A DNA stretch of 64,000 nucleotides from an uncultured Spirochaetota bacterium (GCA_963781885.1 CAWAHW010000001.1:384001-448000); one strand, 5' to 3'; shown: positions 1 through 10,893, counted from the stretch's first letter. Made by a program: numbers and translations. Notes: a model not told the origin generated them from the letters alone.

Positions 1-386
1 TGGAGGACCGGGATGCCGTTCGCCTCCGCCCTGCGCAGGACCTCCGCCATGTCTTTGACGTCGAAACCGACGTGATGGAGACCCTCGCCGTGCTCGTTGA
101 GAAAATCCTCGTAAATGCTGGGGGAGCGCAGGGGAGAGGCGAGCTCCAGCTCGAAGGCGCCCAGCCGCGCGAATGCCATCTCCCAGTAACCGGCGGACGG
201 CCTGCCGTGGTAGGTCAACTCCTCGTACTCGATGTGCGGGAACACGAATGGACCCAGGCCGAGCATGTCCCCGTAGTAGGCTGCCGTCTCCCGGAGATTT
301 CGCACGACGATGCAGAGCTGGTCGGCCTCCGTCAGGCCGAGAAGATTCTTGATGTCAGTCGAGACGACCCCGTCCGCTCCGCTCAT
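1..386 (-). CDS. VOC/glyoxalase family protein (methylmalonyl-CoA epimerase-like); runs off the window start
   Basis: Manual translation MSGADGVVSTDIKNLLGLTEADQLCIVVRNL...ELELASP...GEGLHHVGFDV; AGGAGG RBS upstream; absent from ORF track because it is partial. Confidence 0.75.
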   Translation of the reverse strand, partial: MSGADGVVSTDIKNLLGLTEADQLCIVVRNLRETAAYYGDMLGLGPFVFPHIEYEELTYHGRPSAGYWEMAFARLGAFELELASPLRSPSIYEDFLNEHGEGLHHVGFDVKDMAEVLRRAEANGIPVL

Positions 387-406
387 CGTTGCCTCCTAGT
401 GGGAGA

Positions 407-1509
407 CTATCGCCGCGGGGTCAATCGCGCAAGGACCGCGGGCTCCTGCTGCGTGAGGCAGTGCAGCGTGCCCAGCCCCCACACGAGGTCGACCGCGTGG
501 ATGCCGACAACCGCGCGGTCGGGAAAAAGCTCGGCCAGGATTCCCAGCGCTTTGCGGTCGTTGGGATCGTTGAATGTCGGCACGAGCACCACGCCGTTGG
601 CGATGTAGAAATTGGCATAGCTCGCCGGAAGGCGCTGGCCCTCCATGAAAAGCGGGGCCGGCATCGGGAGGAACGCCACCTCCGGTTTCGACCCGTCCTC
701 CAGCCGGAAGCCTTCCAGCCTTTCGCGATTCTCCTCCAGTGCGGGATAGTTTGCATCATGCGGGTCGCTTTCCCGGCAGAGGACGATCGTGTGCGGCCCC
801 GCGAATCGGCAGAGGTCGTCCACGTGGCCGTGCGTGTCGTCCCCCGCGATGCCCTTCCCGAGCCAGAGCACATTTGCAGCGCCCAGATGGTCGCAGAGCA
901 CCGACTCGATCGCGCCCCGGTCAAGGTGCGGGTTGCGTGCCTGCACCTCGCGGTCCAGCAGGCATTCTTCCGTCGTGAGCACCGATCCGCGGCCATTCAC
1001 GTCGATGCTGCCGCCTTCCAGGACGATTTCTTTGCCCGCCGCCGAGGCGACAAATCGCTTTCTCCCCGTGGAACGGGCGATGCGTTCCGCCACACGGCAG
1101 TCCTTTTCCCAGTCGGGGTATTTCGCCCATGCATTGAATCGAAAGCCGGCGATCGCAAGCTCGGGCCGCGGCGACTCCGCGCGGATGAAGAGGGGACCGA
1201 AGTCCCGCATCCAGGCCCTGTTGGTGGGTATGCGGTGAAACTCCACCGCCGTTTCATCCACCCCGATCGGGAGAGGATGCGCCGCGCCTTTTCTTCGTGC
1301 GCAGCGGAATCCACCAGTATGTTGACGCGTTCCGTCCGGCAGAGCTTTCGCACGATCTCGCCGTATACCCAGGGGACAGGGGCAAACTTGCCGGGCCAGT
1401 CCGCGGTGTTGTGCGGCCACGCGATCCACGTCGCCGCGTGGGGCTCCCATTCCGCGGGCATGCGGAAGCCCCGCGCCGCAGGAACCTCGCTGCCGCCTGC
1501 CCGGTTCAT
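407..1509 (-). CDS. aguA: Agmatine deiminase, split by a frameshift near 1260
   Basis: N-terminal MPAEWEPH...WP in ORF 997-1509; WMRDFGP, EGGSID, DDTHGHVD, GTLHCLTQQ in ORF 407-1636. Confidence 0.9.
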
Positions 1510-2399
1510 GTGTCGTCCAGGAATCTCTTCGAAAGGCCGTCGTAGGAGTCGATTCTCCTGTCGCGGAGGAACGGCCAGTTGCGGCGCACCTCGTCCACCC
1601 GCGTGGGATCGACTTCTCCCAAGACGATCTCCTCACCGTCTGTCATTGCCGCGGCCGTGACCTGCCCGAACGGATCGGCGAGGAACGTGCCGCCCCAGAA
1701 CTCGATGCCGTCCCCGCCGGCCGGGCGCTCAAGCCCCGCGCGATTGACGGCAGCCACATAGACGCCATTGGCGATGGCGTGACCGCGCTGGACGGTCATC
1801 CAGGCGTCGCGCTGGGAGGCGCCCTGTTCCGCCTTTTCGCGCGGATGCCACCCGATGGCGGTCGGGTAGAAGAGCACGCCTGCCCCGCGCAGGGACGTGA
1901 GCCGCGCGGCCTCGGGATACCACTGGTCCCAGCAAATGAGCATGCCGATCCGGCCCACGGGCGTGTCGAATGCGTTGTAGCCGAGATCGCCGGGCGTGAA
2001 ATAGAACTTCTCGTAGTACCCGGGATCGTCGGGGATGTGCATCTTGCGGTATAGGCCCGCCAACGCTCCGTCCGGCCCCATGAGCGCGGCGCTGTTGTGG
2101 TACACCCCCGCGGCGCGGCGCTCGAAAACCGGCACGATCACGCAAATATTCTTTTCCGCGGCCACCTTCCCCATCGCCTGCGTGGTCGGCCCCGGCACCG
2201 GCTCGGCGAGGTCGAAGAGCCGCGCCTCCTCGCTCTGGCAGAAATACTGCGAGCGGAAGAGCTCGGGCAGGCAGACGATGCGCGCGCCGTCGTCTGCCGC
2301 CTTGCGGACCAGCGCGGCTGCCCGGTCCACATTTGCGACGGGGTCGGGACCCGGCGCCATTTGCACGAGCCCTATGGTGTACTTTTGAGCTGTCGTCAC
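1506..2399 (-). CDS. aguB: N-carbamoylputrescine amidohydrolase (carbon-nitrogen hydrolase)
   Basis: LPELF, YRKMHIPDDPGYYEKFYF, ICWDQWYPE motifs; 4-bp overlap with aguA. Confidence 0.88.
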   Translation of the reverse strand: MTTAQKYTIGLVQMAPGPDPVANVDRAAALVRKAADDGARIVCLPELFRSQYFCQSEEARLFDLAEPVPGPTTQAMGKVAAEKNICVIVPVFERRAAGVYHNSAALMGPDGALAGLYRKMHIPDDPGYYEKFYFTPGDLGYNAFDTPVGRIGMLICWDQWYPEAARLTSLRGAGVLFYPTAIGWHPREKAEQGASQRDAWMTVQRGHAIANGVYVAAVNRAGLERPAGGDGIEFWGGTFLADPFGQVTAAAMTDGEEIVLGEVDPTRVDEVRRNWPFLRDRRIDSYDGLSKRFLDDT

Positions 2400-2627
2400 A
2401 CCGTGAAGGTACTAGAAGTCGCCGCAAGCTCCAAGCCGCCGCGCGGCATCGCAGCAGTTCTCATTTTGGACCATCCGGAGCTGACGACCGGGCATTTTTG
2501 CTCAAAAATGGCTTATTACCATGGGACAAAATGAGAACTGCATCGTTCGGTTGCCAAACTGAGAATTGCTGGCGGCATCGGACGTGCTTGACGCGGCGGA
2601 GAGCCGCCCCTGATACTCTCTCCACCA

Positions 2628-3395
2628 ATGGCGGTAACAGTCGGTCTCATCGCGGCGATGCACATGGAGGCGCGGCCGGTCCTACGGCTCCTCGGCCGCG
2701 GCAGGCCCTTTCCGTTGCCGGGCTATCGCGCGCGCCTCCTCACTGTTGCCGGTGTCGACTGCATCCTGGTGGAATCCGGCATCGGCATCGAAAAAGCATA
2801 TGCCGCTGCCCGCGCGCTCCTCGCCGCGGCAGCGCCGCGCTATCTTCTTTCATACGGCGTTGCGGGAGCGGTGGAGAAGGAGGTGGGGATCGGCGATGCG
2901 ATCGTGCCCTCTCAGGTTACCCTGCTGGATCGCGGAGCGACGGGCCCGGGGCTGAGGCTTGCCGCGCTTTCCGCAAAGGCGCGCGCGGCGGTCAAGCGCG
3001 CGTTGGAGACGCGCGGCGCGCATCTTTTCGACGGCACGGCGATCACGACCCGCGGGCCGCAGCCCACCACTCGGGAGCTGGTCGGCTGGCAGCACCCAGT
3101 TCTCGATATGGAAACGGCGGGCTTTGGCCGCGCCGCACAGGAGCACGGCACGCCGCTCCTTTCCATCCGGACCGTGAGCGACAATCCCGACGAGCCGTTT
3201 CCCCTGCCCATGGAGACGTTCATCGATTCGCGCGGCAACTTCAGACCTGGCCGCATGATCGCCGCGATTCTTCGCCGCCCGGGGGTCCTTGGAAAACTGA
3301 TCGGGGTGGGTCGCAACGGGCAGCGGGCGGCGCAGAATGCGGCGGCCGCGGTTGCTGCCGTGCTGGAGGATCCGCTGCACGCGCTGGAAGGCTGA
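2628..3395 (+). CDS. Nucleoside phosphorylase / MTA-SAH nucleosidase family protein
   Basis: GLIAAMxxE, SGIG, GVAGA, DMETA, IRTVSD motifs. Confidence 0.8.
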   Translation: MAVTVGLIAAMHMEARPVLRLLGRGRPFPLPGYRARLLTVAGVDCILVESGIGIEKAYAAARALLAAAAPRYLLSYGVAGAVEKEVGIGDAIVPSQVTLLDRGATGPGLRLAALSAKARAAVKRALETRGAHLFDGTAITTRGPQPTTRELVGWQHPVLDMETAGFGRAAQEHGTPLLSIRTVSDNPDEPFPLPMETFIDSRGNFRPGRMIAAILRRPGVLGKLIGVGRNGQRAAQNAAAAVAAVLEDPLHALEG

Positions 3396-3432
3396 TGCCG
3401 CGCCGCGGATGACGCGGTGACGCAGGAGCGTC

Positions 3433-3990
3433 CTATCGTCGCGTCAGCACCGCGCCGAGATTCCCCCGCAACGAAAGACGCTTCACGTCCGCAAGCCCCG
3501 CCGCCGCGGCAAGGCGCAGCGATTCGTCGAACATTTCTTCGGTGACGTGACCGGCTGGCTCGCAGAAGAGAAGGCGTCCCCCGGGTCTGAGGGCGGCCGC
3601 CACTTCGCGGAAGAAGCGGGCGGCATCGGGCACTTCGTGCACCATGGCGAAGGCAAGGGCAAGATCGACCTTTCCCTTCAGGGATTCGATGCCAAGCCCG
3701 GAAGACCCCGCCAGCCGCGGCTCTATCTTGTCCGCAAGCCCGGCGCGGTGCGCGCGGCGCTGAAGGCCATCGAGCATCTTCTGCTGGATATCGACCGCAA
3801 CGACCCGGCCGCCGGGCGCCACGAGGCGCGCGAGGGGCAGCGTGAAGAAACCCATGCCGGGACCCGGCTCCAGCACGACCATGCCAGGGGCCACGTAAGG
3901 CTGGATCAGCGCGTGGGGATTCAGCATGAGCTTTCGAACCGGGCTGGCCAGCCAGTAACCAAGCCACCAGGGACACACATGCTCGGCCAT
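3433..3990 (-). CDS. Class I SAM-dependent methyltransferase
   Basis: VLEPGPGMGFFT motif I, VDIQQKML, VHEVPD; AGGAGG RBS before MAEHVCPWW. Confidence 0.85.
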   Translation of the reverse strand: MAEHVCPWWLGYWLASPVRKLMLNPHALIQPYVAPGMVVLEPGPGMGFFTLPLARLVAPGGRVVAVDIQQKMLDGLQRRAHRAGLADKIEPRLAGSSGLGIESLKGKVDLALAFAMVHEVPDAARFFREVAAALRPGGRLLFCEPAGHVTEEMFDESLRLAAAAGLADVKRLSLRGNLGAVLTRR

Positions 3991-4050
3991 GGATCCTCCT
4001 GGATCAGGTCTATGCCGGGCGCCGCTCGGCGTCAATACGCGACGGTGAAC

Positions 4051-5151
4051 CTAGATCAGATCAGCCCACTCGATGCCTTCTCCGTCCGGAATCGGCCTGC
4101 GCGCCCGCGCGCCGATCACGAGGCGCAGGAGCTCGGGCCCCAGACCGGGGCGAAGCACCTTTTCCGTTCTGAGCACCGCCACGGCGTCCGGCGGGATAAT
4201 GTCCCCTTCGCCGATCGCTCGGAGCGCGTGGATCGACCTGTTCGTGCGCGCGTAGTTCGCCCGCTCGGCCGGCGCGAGCTCCTTGACGCCGGTTCCCTGC
4301 ACGGCGGAAACCCGCGCGGCGCCAAAATCGCGGCGCAGCTTGGCCACGGTGCTTTCGGGGCCGGCCGCTTCCGCATCACGAACGGCGGCGACCATCTGCG
4401 CGAGCTGCGCCGGCTCCAGGGCAATGGGGTCATCGAGGCCGCCGTCGCGCCGGGAGAGCGTGACGTGCTTCTCAATGACGCAGGCGCCGTGCGCCACGGC
4501 AAGCGAGGGAACGAGGACGGGATCCAGGGAATGGTCCGAGAGCCCCACCTCGACACCGAACACGGCGCGGAGGCTCCCGAGCACGGACGCGTTGTACTGG
4601 TCTTCAGGGGCGGGATAGGACGTGATGCAGTGAAGCAGAACGACGGAATCCCTACCGGTGACGGCAAGGGCGCGCTCGATGTCCTCCAGGAGGGAGACGC
4701 CGGAGGACAGGAGGAGCGGGACGCCGTAGCCGGCAACCTCGTCCAGAAGCGGCAGGTGGTTGAGCTCGGGTGAGGCGATCTTCACGGCCTGGACGCCGAG
4801 TGAGCGAAGCTCCCGCGCGCTGCGGATGCCGAACGGGGAGCAGAGGAACAACGCTCCTGCCGATTCGGCAAGCTCCTTGAGCGCGCGGTAGAAATCGACA
4901 TCCCTTTCGAGCGCTTTGAACTGCTCGTACAAGGCGACCCGCCCGGTCGGCAGATCCACCATGCCCGCCAGAGGATGGAGGATTTCCTCCGCGTGCACGA
5001 GCTGGAACTTGACGCAGTCCGCCCCGGCGGCAACGGCTGCCTCAATGAGCGCCCGCGCCCGGCCCAGGTCGCCCTGGTGGGAGGTTCCCAGCTCCGCCAC
5101 GACAAGGCAGGGCGCGCCTGCTCCGACCTTGCGTTTTCCAATGGTGATCAT
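4051..5151 (-). CDS. N-acetylneuraminate synthase family protein (NeuB/SpsE) with C-terminal SAF domain
   Basis: AELGTSHQGD, VKFQ, KIASPE, LLHCITSYP, GLSDHS, IEKHVT, RPGLG. Confidence 0.88.
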   Translation of the reverse strand: MITIGKRKVGAGAPCLVVAELGTSHQGDLGRARALIEAAVAAGADCVKFQLVHAEEILHPLAGMVDLPTGRVALYEQFKALERDVDFYRALKELAESAGALFLCSPFGIRSARELRSLGVQAVKIASPELNHLPLLDEVAGYGVPLLLSSGVSLLEDIERALAVTGRDSVVLLHCITSYPAPEDQYNASVLGSLRAVFGVEVGLSDHSLDPVLVPSLAVAHGACVIEKHVTLSRRDGGLDDPIALEPAQLAQMVAAVRDAEAAGPESTVAKLRRDFGAARVSAVQGTGVKELAPAERANYARTNRSIHALRAIGEGDIIPPDAVAVLRTEKVLRPGLGPELLRLVIGARARRPIPDGEGIEWADLI

Positions 5152-5210
5152 TACCTAGAGAATCGGTGCGCGGCGCGATCCCCTTCAGCGCCGGCGTGGC
5201 AGGCCTCTTT

Positions 5211-5756
5211 TCAGGGCAGCGGCTTCCCGTCGGGGTCCCGGAATATCCTGCTTCCCACGGTGCCGCGCTGTCCCTGGTATTTTCCCGCGTAGGGGGTCCG
5301 GGTGGCCTTGTCCATCTGCGCAAAGACGATCTGGCAGATGCGGCGGCCGCTTGCCAGCTTCAGCGGGAGCCTGTTTGCATTGAAGAGCTCCAGCGTGATC
5401 GTTCCTTCGAAGCCGGGATCGACCCACCCGGCATTCTGGATGAAGAGCCCCATCCGGCCGATGGAGCTGCGGCCTTCCACGAACGCCGTGACATTCGCCG
5501 GCAGGCGGATGCGCTCCACGGTGGTTGCCAGGAGGAACGAATGGGGAGGGATGATGATCTCGTCCTTTTCGATCTTCACGTAGGGAAGCTCGGCGTCCAG
5601 GCTCAGGCTCTCCAGGGTGTTCTCGTCGATCTTCAGGAAATGTCTTCCCAGCCTCAGGTCGATGGAGGCAGGCTGCACCTGGTAGGGCTCCAGCGGCTCG
5701 ACCACGATCGTCCCGTCGGCCATCATCGCGCGCAGGGTGTCGTCGGAAAGGATCAT
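5211..5756 (-). CDS. dcd: dCTP deaminase
   Basis: QPASIDLRL, EGRSSIGRMGL, AGWVDPGFEGTITLE, Y-GKYQGQ. Confidence 0.93.
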   Translation of the reverse strand: MILSDDTLRAMMADGTIVVEPLEPYQVQPASIDLRLGRHFLKIDENTLESLSLDAELPYVKIEKDEIIIPPHSFLLATTVERIRLPANVTAFVEGRSSIGRMGLFIQNAGWVDPGFEGTITLELFNANRLPLKLASGRRICQIVFAQMDKATRTPYAGKYQGQRGTVGSRIFRDPDGKPLP

Positions 5757-7192
5757 TGCTGGGCTCCTCGGGACAGGTTTTCACGGATCAGGCGCGCCTT
5801 CAGCTCGAAGAGCCCGTCCGACAGGGAGACCTTGTAGAGGTGGGGATTGATGAGGCGCTTGTACGTGTCGTCGAGCCGGGCGAGCTCGGTGTGCGCGTGC
5901 GCCTGGACCGCGGCAAGCGGCGTCCATGGCTCCATGGTTTTCCCGTTCCTCATGCGCGCGCGCAGGAGCGGCGTGATGGCGTGATAGTCGGAGAGATGGA
6001 ACGTGCGATAGTCGCCGGTAGGGTGGTGGAACGTGTAGGTCGTACCGGGCTGGGGCTCTTCCTCGGCAAGGCAGATGAGGTCCGCGAGCAGGTTGTCGTC
6101 GTCATTCGTGAAGCGCCAGACCTGCTTGATGCCGGGGTTGGTGACCTTGTCGGGGTTGTTGGAGACCTTGATGGTTGGCACCCACGCGTCGCCCGATCGG
6201 CGGGCGGCCATCTTGTACACGCCCGAGAGGGCGGGGTCGCCGGCGCCGGTGACCAGGCTCGTGCCCACGCCCCAGATGTCGATGGGCGCATTGTGAGCGA
6301 CGAGCTGCTGGATGATGGACTCGTCCAGCTCGTTGGAGGCCATGATGCGCGCGCGGGGAAGCCCCGCCTTGTCCAGCCGGGCGCGCACCTTCTTGCTGAG
6401 GTACTCCAGGTCCCCGCTGTCCAGCCGCACGCCGAATGTCGTGTGTCCCGCGTCGCGCAGGCGCTGACCCACTTCGATGGCATTCTCGATGCCGCTTCCC
6501 AGCGTGTCATAGGTGTCGATGAGGAGCACCGTCGCATCGGGGTACGCCTCGGCGTATTTCTGGAAGGCCTCGCGCTCACTGCCGAACGCCATGATCCAGG
6601 AATGCGCCATGGTGCCGCGCACGGGGATGCCGTACAGTTTGCCCGCGAGCGTGTTGGAGGTCGCCACCGCGCCGCCGATGAACGCCGCGCGGGAGGCGGA
6701 AAGCGCGCCGTCGACGCCCTGCGCGCGGCGCAGGCCGAACTCGACGATGCCGCCGCCGCCCGCGGCAAGACCGATGCGCGCCGTCTTCGTGGCGATGAGC
6801 GTCTGGAAGTTGATGATGGCCAGGAGCGCGCTCTCGATGAGCTGCGCCTCCATGAGCGACGCATGGACGCGCACCAGGGGCTCACCGGGGAAGGCGAGGG
6901 TCCCTTCGTCCATGCTCCAGAGGTCGCCCGTGAAGCGGAAATCCTTCAGGTAGTCGAGAAAGTCCTTGTGGAATATGCCCAGGCCGTCGAGGTAAAGGAG
7001 ATCCTCATCCGAGAAGTGCAGCGACTCGATCAGCGCAAGCGCCGTCTGGAGCCCCGCAAAGAGGGCAAAACCCCCGTTGAAGGGTTGGCGGCGGAAGAAC
7101 ATGTCGAAGACGACCGGGGGATTCTCATCGTGCAGGAAGAGGCCCTGCATCATGGAAAGCTCGTAAAAGTCCGTCAGCAGGGTGAGATTCAT
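5753..7192 (-). CDS. pncB: Nicotinate phosphoribosyltransferase
   Basis: LLTDFYELSM, EFGLRRAQG, GTMAHSW, LIDTYD, GVRLDSGD, GVYKM. Confidence 0.93.
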   Translation of the reverse strand: MNLTLLTDFYELSMMQGLFLHDENPPVVFDMFFRRQPFNGGFALFAGLQTALALIESLHFSDEDLLYLDGLGIFHKDFLDYLKDFRFTGDLWSMDEGTLAFPGEPLVRVHASLMEAQLIESALLAIINFQTLIATKTARIGLAAGGGGIVEFGLRRAQGVDGALSASRAAFIGGAVATSNTLAGKLYGIPVRGTMAHSWIMAFGSEREAFQKYAEAYPDATVLLIDTYDTLGSGIENAIEVGQRLRDAGHTTFGVRLDSGDLEYLSKKVRARLDKAGLPRARIMASNELDESIIQQLVAHNAPIDIWGVGTSLVTGAGDPALSGVYKMAARRSGDAWVPTIKVSNNPDKVTNPGIKQVWRFTNDDDNLLADLICLAEEEPQPGTTYTFHHPTGDYRTFHLSDYHAITPLLRARMRNGKTMEPWTPLAAVQAHAHTELARLDDTYKRLINPHLYKVSLSDGLFELKARLIRENLSRGAQQ

Positions 7193-7200
7193 GGGTGCCA

Positions 7201-7273
7201 TGGAGGATGGGGGAGTCGAACCCCCGACCTACAGATTGCGAACCTGCCGCTCTACCAACTGAGCTAATCCCCC
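7201..7273 (-). tRNA. tRNA-Ala (anticodon CGC), CCA not encoded
   Basis: GGGGGAT/ATCCTCC acceptor stem with G3:U70, D-loop AGTTGGTAGA, anticodon loop TT-CGC-AA, T-loop TTCGACT. Confidence 0.95.
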
Positions 7274-7298
7274 GATCCCGCGGTCCGACCTTCCGCCT

Positions 7299-7326
7299 AC
7301 TATAGCCAAGGAACCGGAATGGTCAA
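7299..7326 (-). promoter_or_regulatory. sigma70-type promoter of tRNA-Ala
   Basis: TTGACC-N16-TATAGT on minus strand. Confidence 0.6.
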
Positions 7327-7399
7327 GTGACCGCGCGTCGTCCGGGCCGGGAGGCGCAGGATTGGAAAAGGCCGCGGTTTCCCGCGGCCTCAGGTGACT

Positions 7400-9853
7400 C
7401 TACGCGATCCGGACGGCCGGGGGCTCGACTTTCACTTTCTCGGAGAGCCCTGCCGCGAGAGCCTCGTCGATGCGCTCCACGAGCACGAAGCTCATCTTGC
7501 TCCTTACATCGGCCGGCACATCTTCCAGGTCCCGCTCGTTGCGCTTGGGCAGTATCACCGTGGTGAGCCCCGCGCGGTGCGCGGCAAGCACCTTCATCTT
7601 CACGCCGCCGATGGGAAGCACCCGGCCGCGGAGCGTCGCCTCGCCGGTCATGCCGACGTTGCCTTTCACGGGACGGCCCGTAAAGAGGCTCGCGACGGCC
7701 ATGGTCATCGCGACGCCCGCGGAGGGTCCGTCTTTCGGCGTGGCGCCGGCCGGCACGTGCACATGCACGTCGGTCTGCGCGAATGCTTCGGGATCGATGC
7801 CCAACTCCGCGGCCTTGGACCGCACGAAGCTGTACGCGATCCTCGCGCTTTCCTTCATGACGTCCCCGAGCTGGCCGGTCAGGGTGAACTCGCCTTTTCC
7901 TTTCATCCGGGTCGCCTCGATGAAGAGGATGTCCCCGCCAACCGGCGTCACGGCGAGTCCCGTTGCGATGCCGGGTATCTCGATGGTTTCCGAGGCATCG
8001 GATTCGAACTTCTCCTTGCGCAGCAGGTCGCGCACCACCTCGGGCGTGATGATCACGACCGGTGCGGGTCCTGCATCGGGCGCCTGCGCGGCGATCTTCG
8101 TCACGCTCTTGCGGCATATGGTGCCGATCTGGCGCTCGAGGTTGCGCACGCCCGCCTCGCGCGTATAGTCCTGCACGATCTTGAAGAGCGCCTCCTCGGT
8201 GAAGGTGATCTCCCCTTCGCGGAGACCGTTCGCCGCGAGCTGCCGCTTCACCAGATGCTCCTGCGCGATCTTCACCTTCTCGTACTCGGTGTAGCCGTCG
8301 AGGTGGATGATCTCCATGCGGTCGCGCAGCGGCGCCGGGATGGGCTCGAGCTGGTTTGCCGTCGTGACGAACATCACGTCGGTCAGGTCGAAATCGACGT
8401 TGAGGTAGTGGTCGCGGAAGGTTCCGTTCTGTGCGGGGTCCAGCACTTCCAGCAGCGCGCTGGAGGGGTCGCCCCGCCAGTCGCTTCCCACCTTGTCGAT
8501 CTCGTCCAGCATGAAAACGGGGTTGCGCGTGCCCGCGCGCTTGATGGCCTGCATCACCCTGCCCGGCATCGAGCCGATGTACGTGCGCCGGTGGCCGCGT
8601 ATCTCCGCCTCGTCGCGCATGCCGCCGAGGCTCATGCGGGTGAACTTGCGGCCAAGGGCGCGCGCGATGCTTTGCCCGAGCGATGTCTTTCCCACGCCGG
8701 GAGGCCCAACGAAGCAGAGGATGGCGCCCATCGCCTTGCCGGTTTTGCCGTCCTCCGCCCGGTCGCGCTGGATGCCGCGCTCCTTGAAGAGCTTCCGCAC
8801 GGCGAGAAACTCGACGATGCGGTCCTTTACCTCCTGCAGGTCGTAGTGATCTTCGTCCAGTACCTTGCGCGCGTTCACGATGTCCAGCTGGTCCTCGCTT
8901 GCCACGTTCCAGGGCAGCTCCACCATCCAGTCGAGGTAGGTCTTGATCATCGAATACTCGGGGGACTGCGGCGACATGCCGGAAAGCCGCTTCAGCTCGC
9001 GCTCCGCTTCTTTCTTTGCCTCCTCGGGAAGCCCCGCCTTTGCGAGCTTCTCCGTGTATTCATTTGCCGCGGAGGAGGAGTCGTCCATCTCCCCCAGCTC
9101 CTTCTGGATGGCCTTCATCTGCTGGCGAAGGAAGTATTCCCGCTGGTCCTTCTCCATCTCATCTTTCGCTTCTGACCTGATCTTCTGCCCCAGGCTCAGC
9201 ACTTCGCGCTGGTGGCGCAGGTGCATGATGAGGGCGCGCAGCTTCTCCTTTGAGGAGTCGATCTCCAGGAGCTTCTGTGCGTCCGCCGGCTCCAGCTGGC
9301 TGTTGGCAGCGACGAGGTAAGCGAGGTAGCGCGGGTCGGTCACCGTCGCGAGGAAGCGGGCAGCCTCGTTGGGGATGTTCGGGGAAAGCTCCACGATCTC
9401 CCGGCCGAGGTCCTTGAGACTCGCCACGAGAGCCTCGAGCTCCAGGTCCGTTTCCACCGTTTCGGGCGCCGCTTCCACGCGCGCGCGCAGGTAGGCGGAG
9501 GGGGATATCCACTGCGCGACGCGGAAGCGCTCGATGCCCTGCACGACGACCTGCATCGCTCCGTCATTGCCGCGCACGACGCGCAGAATGCGCGCCATCG
9601 TGCCCGTCTCGTGGAGCTGCCCGGGGACGGGCTCTTCCACAGCGGGCTCGCGCGAAGCGAGGAGCCCCACCAGGCTGTCTCCTTCCATGGCCTCCTCCAC
9701 CAGCTTCACCGACCGGGGTATTCCCACCGCCAGCGGGATCACGGAGAACGGGAAGGCCACCATGTCGCGCAGGGGGAGGATCGGCAGCTCGCGGGGCACC
9801 CCCGTGGGCTGGTCTGAATTCTTCGGTTTGAAAAAACTTGCCATATGTCTCAT
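7400..9853 (-). CDS. lon: ATP-dependent Lon protease
   Basis: LPILPLR N-domain, GPPGVGKTS Walker A, RRTYIGSMPG, PKDGPSAG catalytic Ser, IGGVKMK. Confidence 0.97.
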   Translation of the reverse strand: MRHMASFFKPKNSDQPTGVPRELPILPLRDMVAFPFSVIPLAVGIPRSVKLVEEAMEGDSLVGLLASREPAVEEPVPGQLHETGTMARILRVVRGNDGAMQVVVQGIERFRVAQWISPSAYLRARVEAAPETVETDLELEALVASLKDLGREIVELSPNIPNEAARFLATVTDPRYLAYLVAANSQLEPADAQKLLEIDSSKEKLRALIMHLRHQREVLSLGQKIRSEAKDEMEKDQREYFLRQQMKAIQKELGEMDDSSSAANEYTEKLAKAGLPEEAKKEAERELKRLSGMSPQSPEYSMIKTYLDWMVELPWNVASEDQLDIVNARKVLDEDHYDLQEVKDRIVEFLAVRKLFKERGIQRDRAEDGKTGKAMGAILCFVGPPGVGKTSLGQSIARALGRKFTRMSLGGMRDEAEIRGHRRTYIGSMPGRVMQAIKRAGTRNPVFMLDEIDKVGSDWRGDPSSALLEVLDPAQNGTFRDHYLNVDFDLTDVMFVTTANQLEPIPAPLRDRMEIIHLDGYTEYEKVKIAQEHLVKRQLAANGLREGEITFTEEALFKIVQDYTREAGVRNLERQIGTICRKSVTKIAAQAPDAGPAPVVIITPEVVRDLLRKEKFESDASETIEIPGIATGLAVTPVGGDILFIEATRMKGKGEFTLTGQLGDVMKESARIAYSFVRSKAAELGIDPEAFAQTDVHVHVPAGATPKDGPSAGVAMTMAVASLFTGRPVKGNVGMTGEATLRGRVLPIGGVKMKVLAAHRAGLTTVILPKRNERDLEDVPADVRSKMSFVLVERIDEALAAGLSEKVKVEPPAVRIA

Positions 9854-9997
9854 GTCCTTTCTCTGCAACCTAAGATACGCATGAAGGGTGAAATCTCAAA
9901 ACCACCCGTTCGGGGAGGTTGAGCGGCGCCCGGGAATCCATCCACAGGCAGCAAGATCCGGGTTGTCCGGGATGCCTCCTGCCTCTACCCTCAGGCT

Positions 9998-10893
9998 ATG
10001 ACGGCACTTTCAGTCCTTCTTCTCCTGCTGCTTTCCGCGATCTGGGGCAGCTCTTTCATCTTCATCCGCTACCTCGCACCCCTCATCGGGCCCGTGGCAA
10101 CGGCGGACTTCCGCATGCTCCTTGCGGGAATCGCGCTCCTGCTCTTTTTTTTCGCCACCCGGTTCACGGCGGGCTGGAAGAAGAACTGGAGGCATTTCCT
10201 CGTCATCGGGATTGCCAACTCCGCGCTCCCCTTCGTGCTGTATTCCGCCGCGGCACTCGTCCTTCCCGCCTCCATGGAAGCCATCTTCAATTCGCTTTCC
10301 CCGATGTTCGGCGCTCTTTTTGCCGCTCTGTGGCTCGGCGAGCGGTTGACGGCGCGCAAGGTTCCGGCCTCGCCCTCGGGGTGGCGGGGGTGGTCACGAT
10401 GAGCAGCCTCGCCGGTCTTTCCATGAGCTTCACGACGATCGTGGCCCTTCTTGCCTGCGTTCTTGCGCCGATGTGCTACGGCCTGGCAGGCGTCTACATC
10501 AAGAAGCGCGCCGCGGGAGCCGCGCCCATGGCCATCGCGGGGGGCAGCCAGCTCCTGGGCGGCCTCGCGCTCCTGCCCTTCGTTTTCATCTCCCCGCCCG
10601 CGCCCGCCGTCTTCAGCCTGGCGATCACGTGCATCGTGGTTGCTTTTGCCCTTGTCTGCAGCGGCATCGCCTACATCATCTACTACCGCCTCATTGCCGA
10701 CATCGGTCCGACCCGGGCGCTCACCGTGACCTTTCTCATCCCGGTCTTCGCCATGGGGTGGAGCTTCCTCCTGCTGCGGGAGACGATCTCGTGGAGCATG
10801 ATACTCGGCGCCGCGATCATCCTGGCCGGCACCTGGCTCGTCACTACGGCCGGCAGGAAGCGCGCCGTGCTCGTCCGGGTGACGGGGAGATAA
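9998..10893 (+). CDS. DMT/EamA family transporter, frameshift near 10360-10375
   Basis: IWGSSFIFIR...NSALPF...LGERL in one frame; second EamA repeat (GPTRALTVTFLIPVF) in another. Confidence 0.85.
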
